64,000 bases of DNA from Dictyostelium discoideum (Eukaryota), in NCBI GenBank assembly GCA_000004695.1, contig CM000150.2, positions 4,096,001 through 4,160,000 of the forward strand. The letters run 5' to 3'. The position numbers and the translations under genes are program-made. Of this stretch, positions 42,234 to 56,208 are shown piece by piece. Below the pieces are notes generated by a model. The model ran no database searches. It had not been told where the DNA came from and saw only the letters and a program-made list of their open reading frames with translations. The first letter of the stretch is position 1; the number at the start of each line of letters is the position of its first letter.

Positions 42234-42530
42234 AAAAAAAAAAAAAAAAATTTAATCAATAGTCAGATTAAAAAAAAAAAAACAGAATAAATATTTCCAT
42301 TGATCTATTTTTTTATTTAATATTTTATTAAATTTAATTATTTCCCACTTAAAACTTTCGGATTTGTTTTTTCACCAAATTTCTATCTACCTGAAATTCA
42401 AATTTGACTTGGGGAAAATTTTATCATTTTGTTTATTTTTTTGTACCCCATTTTTATATACTAAATCCATATTAAAAATTAATTAAATTACATCATTGTT
42501 AAAAAAATCATAAAAATAAAAAAAAAAAAA

Positions 42531-42565
<35 letters not shown>

Positions 42566-42631
42566 GGATTTGGTATTAATATTTATTTTATTTTATTTTA
42601 TTTTATTTTTTTTTTTTATTTTGTTTTATTT

Positions 42632-42662
<31 letters not shown>

Positions 42663-42890
42663 TTTTTTTGGTGATTTGTTTGGGATCAAAAAAAAAAAAA
42701 ATGTTAATAAAAATAATCTCTTTGTATTTCAAAACCAAATAAACACACTTTATTAAGTAATATCCAATTAAACATTAGTTATTAATCATGGATTAAAATG
42801 TTTTCCCACAGTAAAAAATTTATTATAAAAAGGTAATGAAAATTTATTTATTTTTATTATTAAACTTTTTAAATCAATCAACAATACACA

Positions 42891-45800
42891 ATGAAAAATT
42901 ATTTTATTGTTTTTTTATTTCTTTTAAAACTATTATTATTATTTAATTGTATGCTTTTTTTATTTATTTTTTTAATTTTTAAATAAACAACCCATTTTAT
43001 TAATATTTTATTTTTTAAAACTTTTTTTTTTTTTTTTTTTTAAAAATTAATTTAATATAGGTTGTAATTCACAAGTTTCAATTGGAGAATTATACAATGA
43101 TGACGAAATAGATTCAAAATATTCTGATGGACAAGGTAACTACCACTTTAAATTAAATTATTTTCCAACAAGCACAAATTCAAATTACAATGGTGAAGAA
43201 TTTTTAAGTTTAGAAAAAAGTGCCTCCATAAGAGCATATAGGTTAGCTCAAAGTTGTACATTAATTGGCGCATCAGTTAAAATAGAGGATTGTCAATTCA
43301 TTGGACCATCTCCAGCCTATAATGGTCTCCCCTATTCAATCGTTATATCATCAGATCTAACATTAACAATTGCAGGTTCAATAAAAAATATTCCAATTCT
43401 TATTGTCCAAGGTCGTCTAATATTGCATCCAAATTATAATGTAACACTTTCATTCTATAAGATGCAAATCTTATCACGTGGTACTTTTGAATCTGCACCA
43501 AATCAAGGAGTTAATCATACTATCATTGTAGAAAGATCACCTAATGATCTCCAAATTGATCCATGGGATAGAAAAGATATTCCATCAATACTATCACTTG
43601 GTGGTAATGTTACGATTAGAGGTTTCGATTCAAGTTCAACATGGACTGGTTATAATGTAGCAAATCGAACATCATTCATTAGATCTTTTCCATTCACAAA
43701 TAATTTACCAATTATCAAGCTCTATGGTCATAAAAGTTTGTATACCGGTTTAGACCAATATATTAGATTGGACACTTATTTCACTGAATATATGAAAGAC
43801 TACGGCGTTGGTAAATATGCATATTCACCAGAAGGTAGCATTAATTGGCAGTATCAGAAACACGCCGTTGGTAATATATTAGTACATCCATGGAATAAAA
43901 ATGTATGGATCAAAGGTATGGGTAGTTGTTCAATGGTTTTCACTGGTTCATCAACTGTAGATATTCAAAATTCAGTAATCCTCGATTTTGGTGATACAAC
44001 ATCATCACCACTCAATTCAAATAGTAATATTCCAAATAGATATCCCATCACATTATATCACAATAAAAAGTTTGTCAAAATTGAAAACAATTGTTTTCTC
44101 CCAGCACTTTTCACAAGAGTACCACAACAAAGCTCAACACCTAGATCATTCATTGGTGCGATTCGTTCATTTGGTAATATCATTGGTAATTCATTCATAT
44201 TGTCTGAAACAAACATTGGTGGTACTGTCTATAGTATGAGTGGTATATCATTATTATATGGCACTGAACAATTTAATATTAGCTTCAATTCATTCATGTC
44301 AATTTATCCAAATAGCTCATTAAACAATCCAATTTCATCAAGTAGACAATATCCAGATAATATCGATTATATCAATAGTGGTATTATTACAACTTCACCA
44401 TACTCATTTTATGAATCAAATGTATTTGAAGGTGGATTCAAAGGTAGTTCAATTCAAATTATTCCATTACAATCAAGATCAACAATTGCTGGTTTAAATA
44501 GTGATAGATTATTAGGTGTTTACAATGGATATGAACAATCAAATCTCAATGATAAAGTAACCAATAGTATTTGGAATAAAGTTATTTTCAAAGATAATGC
44601 ATTCTTTGGTGAATCAGAATTTCGTGTTACATATCCAATGTCATTACAACCACCAATTAAAATCAACTTTTTAAGAGGTTGGCATATTAATCAAAGACCA
44701 TCAGATGTTTTACCATTTAATGAAGCAAATGTCGATTACTCATATGATTCCTCTTTTGTTGCCAATGGTTTAACTAAATACGCTTGGTATAGTTTTTCAA
44801 ATATTTTTTCAGGTAAATGTAATAGTGTTTCATTTTCCAATTCAGATTTATCATTTTCCACTTCATTATTTTCATCTTCATTCAAATGTAATTATATTTC
44901 TATCGTTGATTCAAAATACAAAATAAATTTACATGAAGGAGATAATAGTTCAACCATTTTTAAAAGATTCACTGATCAAGTATACTTTTCAAATCTTAAT
45001 GGTTCTAAAGATGCTAAAAGTTTGGCACAGTTAAATGAATTTACACCTTTCCTCAACATATCACCAAATAATAGTCAAGCAATAACTCAAAATAATTTTA
45101 CTCTTTCATTCCTTCCAAGTTCTATAAGTTCATTTGAAAGTTTAAATCAATCAATTGAAGCCATCGTTGATGGTGTTTATCAAAATGTTACATTAATTAC
45201 TTTGCCATTTGATCCAATTCAATCAATGCCTATTCAATTACCACCATCTACTTCTAGTTTATATACAGTGGTTTTATCATCGAAATTGTCACTACCAGCT
45301 AGTCTTAACTTGAGCCTTCCAGAAGTAGGATCTTATTTTGCAAGTACTTATCTTTTAGATAACAATGCAAAAAATTTCTACCTTGGTATCGATTTAGCAC
45401 CATCCGATAGTAATACACCACGTAAACTTTCAGTAAATGGTAAAGATTGGACAAGATGTGATTGGATTCAATCATTAAATAAATGTACAACCTCTGGTAT
45501 GTTCTCATTGAGTTCTGTTGATATTCCATTTGGAACTGGTAGTGGTGGTCAAGATGAAATTTCAATGATTAAAACTTACCTTGGTAATGATGTAACCAAT
45601 GGTATTCCAAGTACACTCAATATATCATTAGCAGGTCCACATTCATACAAGTTTTATTTATATTCATTTAATTCAGATTGGACAGATTCAATCATTAATC
45701 CAACACCATTATTTTCAATTAAAATCAATGGTAAATATCAAGAACCAATAACAAGATCAGCACCAATATATCTTCAATCTAAAAGATATGGTCCATTCTA

Positions 45801-45933
45801 TTGGAATAATATTAATTCAAATGAACAAGTTTTATCAATTGATTGGGCAACTGATAATATTAAATATTCAATTCCATTATCTGGTATTGAAATTTATTCA
45901 AGTATTCAAACTCCATTCTCAATCCCATATTAA
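42891..45933 (+). CDS. Secreted protein, uncharacterised. Signal-peptide exon 42891..42948, then 43061..45933. Ser/Asn-rich, with possible beta-helix-like repeats.
   Basis: MKNYFIVFLFLLKLLLLFN is followed by a GT..AG intron of about 110 bp that keeps phase. An 836-aa ORF then runs with many N-glycosylation sequons (NVT, NRT, NIS) and no TM segment. Function is not recognised. Confidence 0.65.
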
Positions 45934-46039
45934 CAAATGGTAAATCTTTTTTTATATTTGTTCCATTCACAGTGACTCAACGAAAAAATAAAAAATAAAA
46001 AATAAAAAAAAATATAACTTTTTTTAAAAAAAGTTTTGG

Positions 46040-46049
46040 TTGCGATATC

Positions 46050-46080
<31 letters not shown>

Positions 46081-46583
46081 ATTTGGCGATTGGTTCAACG
46101 GACGCTATCGAAGATGACCAAAGGAAAACTGATTGTCGATCTCGGTTTGAATATTCAAAAAATATTGAAAAAAAAAAAAAAAAATATGGAAATAATTTTG
46201 TGTAACCCATTATTTTCACTCCTCACAATAAAACATTTCATATCCTCTTTATTAATTTTATTATTTATATTTTTTTTTTTTTTTCATTGGTGTTGTTTCA
46301 GAATAAGATTCAAAAAAAAAAAAATTTTTAATTAACTTTTTTTAACTGTAAATAGAGACTGGTACCTGATGTGTTGTGATTGAGAGAATGATAAAATAAA
46401 TATTCGCTGTATCCTAACAACTTTTTGTTTATATTTTATAATGAAAGATTATAAAATATTATTTTACGACAAAAAAAAAAAAAATACTTTTCGTTTATTT
46501 TTTACAAATCACAGTAAAAAAAAAAAAAAAAGAAAAAAAAAATAAATAAAAAACATACTTTTCGTTTATTTTTTACAAATCAT

Positions 46584-46622
<39 letters not shown>

Positions 46623-47230
46623 AAAAAACATTGCCAAAGAATTTTTTGGTGGCTGGTTGAAAATGAAAGGGCGGTATTGAAGATGAATAATGGAAACTGA
46701 TTGTGGATCTTGGTTAGAATATTCATAAAAAAAAAAAAAAATTAAAATTAAAAAAAAAAAAAAAAGTGGAAATATTTTCGTGCAACCCATTATTTTCCCA
46801 CCTCCAATTTTTTTTTTTAAAAACGTTAAACATAACAAACTTATTTTCACATTCTTTATATTAATTTTATTTTTTTTTCATTGGTTTTTTTTTTGCTGGA
46901 TCAAGATTCAAAAAAAAAAAAATAAAAAAATTTTTTAAAAAAAAAAATAATTTAATAATTTGTTGACTGTTAATAGAACAAGTGTTTGCCTCAGGTGTGT
47001 TGTGATTGAGAATGCCGAAATTAATATTCGCAGCATCTTATCAACAAAAGTGGAACCACTTTTCGTTTATTTTTTACAAATTATAGAAAATTATAATTAA
47101 AATAATATTATTTTACGATAAAAAAAAAAATATTTAAAAGAAAAAAACTAAATTATATTTTTTTTTTTTTTTTTTTGTTATAAAATAATAGTTAATATAG
47201 CTAAATTATAGTTATAATTTTTAAAAAAAA
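46040..47230. repeat. Two tandem copies of a conserved non-coding upstream module (about 46040-46560 and about 46600-47230). A third copy is at 51600-52270, and each copy precedes a secreted-protein gene.
   Basis: Shared blocks are ggcgattggtt..cgaagatga..ggaaaactgattgtcgatctcggtttgaatattcaaaaaatattgaaaaaaa, tggaaata.ttt.gtgtaacc.attattttc.c, cattggtgttgttt.agaat.aagattcaaaaaaa, ..tcaggtgtgttgtgatt.ga..aatg and ttttcgtttattttttacaaat. They are interspersed with variable A/T tracts. Confidence 0.7.
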
Positions 47231-47231
47231 T

Positions 47232-47295
47232 ATGAAATTAATTTCAATAATTTTTTCCTTATTTTTAATAATCAATTTGGTTTTTTCTACAGGTA

Positions 47296-47327
<32 letters not shown>

Positions 47328-50300
47328 CAGAAAAATAAAATATTATTCAGTTTTAAATTATTTTAATAGTAAAAAAATCAATCAATTAAATAAATAAATC
47401 ACCGGAGGTACTCTTGTGTTACAAATTTGGTTTCACAATTATCATATTTTAATTTATTTTAGAATTTTTTTTTTTTTTTTTTTTCTAATTTTTTTTTTTT
47501 TTAATAATTTAAAAATAATAATAATAATATTAATATAATAATAAAAATCATTTAAAAGATCCAACAATTGTTAGTTTTAGAAAGCCAGTTGAAAAAGTAT
47601 ATCCAAGTGAATATTGTTTGCCATCTTTCACTATATTGATTAATTATCCAGATCCAATCCAATATAATTATCAATTAGGTTTATATGATAGGAGTGGAGG
47701 GTATGGTGGCAGCATGCCATCTGCCGTAAATGGAACCTTATATCTTTTTACACTTACACATAAAGTTCCAATTGGTAAAAATCAACCAGTTTCTTTGTAT
47801 ATCCAAGATACCTCAAAAAATCCATGGTTTACTTTTGATTTCAATAACTATACTACCTATGATTGCGATCCACTTCCACCTGTTACTATGAAATCAAAAC
47901 AAAATACTTGGATTAAAACTAGTGGCCAATATTCCAATTTAATTTGGTACCATATGGTTGAAGTTTCAGGTTTAGATAAATCAGCTCCATACGATGCTTT
48001 TACATGTAATGTTCCAAAGCCATTTATTTGTATGTTCCAAGAGTTTCTTAATGGTCCAAAACCAATCAATTTTTATTTCCAAGTTGGAATTTATACGACA
48101 GATGTAAACTTCGCCCCATTCAATGTAACTGTTACAGATAAACTAGGTAAAGTTTTACTTAATAGTCTTTTTGATGGTTTAAGTGCACCAGCAAACCCAC
48201 CTGTTTCAATTAGATCCTTAGAAAATTATCCAATCAATGGTTCAACTGTTACTAAAAATGAAATGGTTAATGATGCAATGTATATTATGAATATCATAAA
48301 CAAAAATGCTCTTTGTGGTATTTCATCACCAAAAGATTTTTTGATTTCAAATATATTAATCCCAGTTTTAGGTACACCTGCAAATGCTTCTTACATTGGT
48401 TTCTCATCTTTTAACTATCAAAATAGTCCAATTAAATCCCATGTTCAGATCATTGATAGTCAAGGTACAAAAAGAATTGGTATTGATAATGTGCTTTTTG
48501 TTAATCGTAAGTATTTATATTTTTATTTAGATTTTTTTTTATTTTTTATATATACTAATTATAATTTTGTATTTATTATTTTAAAATAGCAAAATCTTAT
48601 GATAATGTCATTGAAAATGTTCAAAATGCAACCTATGTTAAAAGCTCTAATATTAATAAAACTTTAATTAATATTAAGGCTGATGTTTCATTTAATCCAA
48701 AAGCTACTTTAACAAGTAGCTTTTCAACTTCTTTATACCAAACAGTGTTAGCATATCCATATGGTTATTCAAATGGTACAGTTAAATACCATTCAGTTTC
48801 ATTGTCATCTGCATCTCCAGAGTATTCCACTTCTTCAAATTCATATATAATTTTAGGCTCTCCATCTGAAATCGGATCCGGTAATTCATCACTAATCACA
48901 GTTAATCCAAATTCAACAATAGGTAAGAATTTATCTTTTATAAAATTACTTTATAAACATCGGCTTATATTAATCATTTTATCATATATTTTTTAATAAT
49001 ATTGTTATTATGCTTTAGAAACAAAAATACCACAACTTTTGAAAGTTGAAACCGTTTTCCTTTCATATGAAAAAGTACTTACCAGAGTTTTTGCTAAAGA
49101 TGTTGATTCTGGTATTTCATTTTTGTATTTATCAAATTTAAATAAAGTTTCCTCTGCCGATTTAGTATATGGTGATAATTTCAATGGTGTTTATGAATCT
49201 GTTGAAACATTTACCACCATGTATGGCAATGAAAGACCAACCGTTTCAATCTATGATAATGCTGGTAATAATATTCAATACAATAATATGCAACCAACAT
49301 TCGATACATCATTCAATATGATCCCTGAATACCCTGCTTACAGTATGTATTTTTTAAATAATATTAATTTCTTTTTAAAAAAAAAAAAACAAACTACTAA
49401 ATTATTAATAAAATTACTTTATTATAGCAATGATTAAAAACCAAGCCAATTTAGACCCATACACTTTCACTGGTTTTGAATTTAAGTACAATGATGTTGA
49501 TGTTTCAAATGGTCCATTCAATAATACTTTATGTATGAACTTTGCAGGTTCCAATAAAACAATGACTCCACGTTTCTTACAATTTTCTTTAGCATTAAAT
49601 CCGGAAAAGGCATCATTAGATAACGCCACACCAGGCTCATGGGATGAAGTCAAAGGTATGTTTTGTATGGATTTCCAAATTCCAGCAAGAATTTTCACTG
49701 GTGAATATACATATGCTGTTCTCATTCCACCATTCGTTTATGACTCTTACTATTTTGCTATTTCAGTTGGTAGTAAAGCTCAATTAAGAGTTAACTCAGG
49801 TTTTGCTGATCAAATGCCACCTATCATTACTGAATTCTCTTCATATCCATCAAATGCTGTTAATGTCACTCAAGATACTGTTGTCGGTTGGAATATTAGA
49901 ATTGAAGATTCTCCAAATGGTTTAGCAAGTGGTGAATTTAATATCACAAGTGATTTCGATTTAGAACCATATAGAATTAAGATTACTCCAGCCAATGCTG
50001 TATCTGGTGATATTTTCAGTTCTACATATCAATTAAGAATTCCAATTAAAGCAAACACTTGTAGATCTCAATCATTTAGAATTTCATCAGCATCAATTAC
50101 TGATACAATGGGTCATACTTCAGTTTTACCATCTTCTGGAAATGTTAATCCATTATATAAATTCTTAGAATCACCACACTTGGTTTTAAATATTACTTGT
50201 CCACAAGCTATCATCGATAATACCCCACCATCTTTAATTAGTTTCTCAACTGTTAGTTCAATCGAAGTTGGTGCTTATAAAGATTTTAGAAATGTTACAT

Positions 50301-51175
50301 TTACCTTCAAAACATCAGATTCTGGTTCTGGTATTTCATCAAGACACAATCCAAAAATCTATTTATCATCAGGTGAATTTGATCAAATTTCAAAGATTAG
50401 TACATTGGTATCCAATGTAAATGGTGTCGCTACTTATACCTGCACTATTGAATTACCATATGGTTATGGTTCATATAATGGAATTCTTGTTTCAATATAT
50501 GGTATTGTTGATAATAAATTAAATATTAATGGTTATTCATCAGTTGATCTCCAACAACTCGGTTTCCAAAATACAATTAAAGTTTTATATTCTGATGTAC
50601 CAGTACTTGATTACACAAGTTCAATTAAATCAACTGAATCATCATTGACTATCTATGGTCATAAATTTGGTATCGATAGAAGTAAAGTTACATTACAAGT
50701 TGATTATATGAAGGGTCAAGGTTGGAAGAATACAACAATCTCATTCTTTTCTGGTATTATTTTAATGACTGATAATATTACACCAACATCAACACCATTC
50801 TACGTTCGTGTTATTGTAGATGGTAAAATTTCAAATCAACTTTTAGTAGTTCCAATCATTGTTGGTGATAGTCCATGTAGTTATGAAGTTATTCAATCAA
50901 TAGTTGCTACTTGGATCGATAGTGAAAAATATCCATATCTTCAAGCATCTATCACTATTAAAAATACAGGTACAAGACCAATTAAAGCATTTAGTTTCAT
51001 TATTGAAAAAATTGCTTATGGTCAAATTTGGGGTGTTGATGCAAATGGTAATAATAGATACACTTTACCATCATATAATTTAATCATTAATCCTCGTGAT
51101 CAATATAGTTTCGGTTATATCATTCAAGGTACAACTGTTGCTGATCTCAAACAAGTCACTTATACTTGTCTTTAA
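47232..51175 (+). CDS. Secreted beta-repeat protein, tandem copy A. 5 exons (47232..47292, 47559..48506, 48590..48922, 49019..49342, 49428..51175), 1137 aa.
   Basis: The signal peptide MKLISIIFSLFLIINLVFST runs into a GTAAGT donor. Every junction is GT..AG with a consistent phase, and the total is 3414 nt = 1138 codons. There is no TM or GPI-like tail (...DLKQVTYTCL*). The repeats resemble those of the 2007..6857 gene. Confidence 0.8.
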
Positions 51176-52135
51176 AAATTTCAATTTAGTTTTGGAATAA
51201 TAAAAAAAAAAAACCCTTTTGGAGTGTAAAAATAAAAATAAAACATTCAAATTTGCCGTCAGTAAAAAAAAAGATTTAATTTTATTTATTTTAAAAATAA
51301 ATTTAGTATATATGAATAGAGTACTCAAAAATGAACAAAATGAATTCTTTAAATAAAATTAATTGTGTTTAATTATTTTTTATATTTTTTTATTTTTATA
51401 TAAAATATAAATATTTGTCTTTCATACTCTAGAGAATATTTATTTATTTATTTTTTTTTTTTCGAATAACGGCTAAAATTGGCATGGACAAATACCATCG
51501 CGGTATGAAAAAAAAAAAATAAAAAAAATAACAAAAAAAATTAAAAAATAAAAAGATGAAAAAATTATACGACCTATTCATCCTAATTAACTTAAAAACT
51601 CGTCATTCGGTGATTGCGATATCAAAAAAAAAAAAAAAAAAAAAAGTTAATAAATTAAAAATATGGCCCAAGAATTTTTTGGTGATTGGTTGAAAATGAA
51701 AAGACGGTATCGAAGATAACTAATGGAAAACTGATTGTCGATCTTGGTTTGAATATTCAAAAAATATTGAAAAAAAAAAAAAGTGGAAATAGTTTCGTGT
51801 AACCTATTATTTTCCCACCTCGAAATTTTTTAAAAATATTAAATTAAACATAAAAAACTTATTTTCATATTTTTTTTTTAATTAATTTTTTTCATTGGTG
51901 TTGTTTTAGAATCAAGATTCAAAAAAAAAAAAATAATAAAAATAAAAATAAAAATAATAATTTTAAATAGTTTGTGCTGACTGTTAACATAACAAGGGAT
52001 TTGACTCAGGTGTGTTGTGATTTGAAGAATGCTGAAATCAATATTTGCTGCATCTTATCAACAAAAACGAAATCATTTTCGTTTATTTTTTTTACAAATT
52101 ATAGAAAATTATAATTAAAATAATATTTTTTTACG

Positions 52136-52180
<45 letters not shown>

Positions 52181-52272
52181 GTATTTAAAAAAAAAAAAAA
52201 TAGTTTTTTTTTTGTAAAATAATAGTTAACAATAACCAAATTATAGTTATAATTTTTTATTTTAAAAAAAAT

Positions 52273-52490
52273 ATGAAATCAATTTCAATAATTTTTTCCT
52301 TATTTTTAATAATCAATTTGGTTTTTTCTGCTGGTAAGTTTTTTTTTTTTTTATTTTTAAAATAAATAAAAAATTATTTAGTTTCAAATTATTTTAATAT
52401 TAATGATTAATGAATCAATTAAAAAAATATTAATGGAATTAACTATTGTGAAATTACAAATTTGGTTTCACAATTATCATATTTTCATTC

Positions 52491-52522
<32 letters not shown>

Positions 52523-55500
52523 TTATTTTTCATTTTTTAAATAATTTAAAAATAATAATATTAATGTAAATTTTTTATTATTATTTTAAAGATCCAACAA
52601 TTGTTAGTTTTAGAAAGCCAGTTGAAAGAGTATATCCAGGTGAATATTGTTTGCCTTCTTTCACTGTATTGGTCAATTATCCAGATCCAATCCAATATAA
52701 TTATCAATTAGGTTTATTTGATAAGAGTGGAGGATATGGTAGCAACATACCATCTGCTGTAAATGGAACCTTATATCTTTTTACACTTACCCATAAAGTT
52801 CCAATTGGTAAAAATCAACCAGTTTCTTTGTATATTCAAGATTACTCAAAAAACCCATGGTTTACTTTTGATTTCAATAACTATACTACCTATGATTGCG
52901 ATCCACTTCCACCTGTTACTATGAAATCAAAACAAAATACTTGGATTAGATCAAGTGGCCAATATACCAATTTAGTTTGGTACCATATGGTTGAAGTTTC
53001 AGGTTTAGATAAATCAGCTCCATACGATGCTTTTACATGTAATGTTCCAGAACCATTTTATTGTGCATTCCAAGAGTTTCTTAATGGTCCAAAACCAATC
53101 AACTATTATTTCCAAATTGCAATTCGTAAAAGTGATGTAAATTTCACCCCATTCAATGTAACTATTACAGATAAACAAGGTAAAGTTTTACTTAATAGTC
53201 TTTTTGATGGTTTAAGTGCACCAGCAAACCCACCTGTTTCAATTAGATCCTTAGAAAATTATCCAATCAATGGTTCAACTGTTACTAAAAATGAAATGGT
53301 TAATGATGCAATGTATATTATGAATATCATAAACAAAAATGCTCTTTGTGGTATTTCATCACCAAAAGATTATTTTATTGGAAATACATTAATCCCAGTT
53401 TTAGGTACACCTTCAAATGCTACTTACATTGGTTTCTCATCTTTTTTATATCAAAATGGTCCAATTGAATCTCATGTTCAAATCATTGATAGTCAAGGTA
53501 CAAAAAGAATTGGTATTGATAATGTGCTTTTAATTAATCGTAAGTTTAAAAAATTATAATAATTATTTTAATCTTTTTATATAATCACACTAATTATATT
53601 TTAATTATTTTTATTATTAAACAGCAAAATCTTATGATAATGTCATTGAAAATGTTCAAAATGCAACCTATGTTAAAAGCTCTAATATTAATAAAACTTT
53701 AATTAATATTAAGGCTGATGTTTCATTTAATCCAAAAACTTCTCACACAAGTAGCTTTTTATCTTCTCAAAGAGAAACCGTCTTAGATTATCCATATGGT
53801 TATTCAAATGGTACAATTAAATACCATTCAGTTTCATTCTCAAAAACATCTCCAGAGTATTCCACTTCTTCAAATTCATATATGAGTATAAACTCTCCAT
53901 CTGATATCGGAAATGGTAATTCATCACTAATTGAAATTGCTACAAATTCAACTATAGGTAAGAATTAATATTATTATTTAAAAAAGATAAATTATTAAAT
54001 ATATTAATCATTCGATCATATTTATTATTATTATTATTATTCTTAAGATTCCAAAATACCACAACTTTTGAAAGTTGAAACTGTATTCCTTTCATATGAA
54101 AAAGTACTTGTCAGAATTTTTGCTAAAGATGTTGATTCTGGTATTTCATATTTGCATTCTACAAATTTGCATAAAATTTCCCCAGCCGATTTAGTATATG
54201 GTGATAATTTCAATGGTGTTTATGAAACTGTTGAAACATTAGCAACTATGTATGGTAATGAAAGACCAACCGTTTCAATCTATGATAATGCTGGTAATAA
54301 TATTCAATACAATAGTATGCAACCAACATTCGATACATCATTCAATATGATCCCTGAATACCCAGTTTACAGTATGTATTTTTAATATTAAAAAAAAAAA
54401 AAAAAAAAAAAAAACAAACAAAACATTAAATAAATTATTAATAAAATTACTTTATTATAGCAATGATTAAAAACCAAGCCAATTTAGACCCATACACTTT
54501 CACTGGTTTTGAATTTAAGTACAATGATGTTGATGTTTCAAATGGTCCATTCAATAATACTTTATGTATGAACTTTGCAGGTTCTAATAAAACAATGACT
54601 CCACGTTTCTTACAACTTCCTTTAGCATTAAATCCAGAAAAGGCATCATTAGATAACGCCACACCAGGCTCATGGGATGAAGTCAAAGGTATGTTTTGTA
54701 TGGATTTCCAAATTCCAGCAAGAATTTTCACTGGTGAATATACATATGCTGTTCTCATTCCACCATTCGTTTATGACTCTTACTATTTTGCTATCTCAGT
54801 TGGTAGTAAAGCTCAATTAAGAGTTAACTCAGGTTTTGCTGATCAAATGCCACCTATCATTACTGAATTCTCTTCATATCCATCAAATGCTGTTAATGTC
54901 ACTCAAGATACTGTTGTCGGTTGGAATATTAGAATTGAAGATTCTCCAAATGGTTTAGCAAGTGGTGAATTTAATATCACAAGTGATTTCGATTTAGAAC
55001 CATATAGAATTAAGATTACTCCAGCCAATGCTGTATCTGGTGATATTTTCAGTTCTACATATCAATTAAGAATTCCAATTAAAGCAAACACTTGTAGATC
55101 TCAATCATTTAGAATTTCATCAGCATCAATTACTGATACAATGGGTCATACTTCAGTTTTACCATCTTCTGGAAATGTTAATCCATTATATAAATTCTTA
55201 GAATCACCACACTTGGTTTTAAATATTACTTGTCCACAAGCTATCATCGATAATACCCCACCATCTTTAATTAGTTTCTCAACTGTTAGTTCAATCGAAG
55301 TTGGTGCTTATAAAGATTTTAGAAATGTTACATTTACCTTCAAAACATCAGATTCTGGTTCTGGTATTTCATCAAGACACAATCCAAAAATCTATTTATC
55401 ATCAGGTGAATTTGATCAAATTTCAAAGATTAGTACATTGGTATCCAATGTAAATGGTGTCGCTACTTATACCTGCACTATTGAATTACCATATGGTTAT

Positions 55501-56208
55501 GGTTCATATAATGGAATTCTTGTTTCAATATATGGTATTGTTGATAATAAATTAAATATTAATGGTTATTCATCAGTTGATCTCCAACAACTCGGTTTCC
55601 AAAATACAATTAAAGTTTTATATTCTGATGTACCAGTACTTGATTACACAAGTTCAATCAAATCAACTGAATCATCATTGACTATCTATGGTCATAAATT
55701 TGGTATCGATAGAAGTAAAGTTACATTACAAGTTGATTATCAGAATGGTCAAGGTTGGAAGAATACAACAATCTCATTCTTTTCTGGTATTATTTTAATG
55801 ACTGATAATATTACACCAACATCAACACCATTCTATGTTCGTGTAATCGTAGACGGTAAAATTTCAAATCAACTTTTAGTAGTTCCAATCGTTGTTGGTG
55901 ATAGTCCATGTAGTTATGAAGTTATTCAATCAATAGTTGCTACTTGGATCGATAGTGAAAAATATCCATATCTTCAAGCATCTATCACTATTAAAAATAC
56001 AGGTACAAGACCAATTAAAGCATTTAGTTTCATTATTGAAAAAATTGCTTATGGTCAAATTTGGGGTGTTGATGCAAATGGTAATAATAGATACACTTTA
56101 CCATCATATAATTTAATCATTAATCCTCGTGATCAGTATAGTTTTGGTTATATCATTCAAGGTACAACTGTTGCTGATCTCAAACAAGTCACTTATACTT
56201 GTCTTTAA
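52273..56208 (+). CDS. Secreted beta-repeat protein, tandem copy B. 5 exons (52273..52333, 52592..53539, 53625..53957, 54048..54371, 54461..56208), 1137 aa.
   Basis: Same exon lengths and phases as copy A, offset by 5041 bp. The last exon is near-identical to copy A, while exons 2-3 are clearly diverged. Confidence 0.8.

Noticed and set aside
46036-46850. ORFs 46036..46335 (+) and 46566..46850 (-) inside the upstream module.
   Set aside because: They are low-complexity (poly-K, poly-F). Conservation across the three module copies is block-wise at the nucleotide level and not frame-preserving, so they are non-coding.
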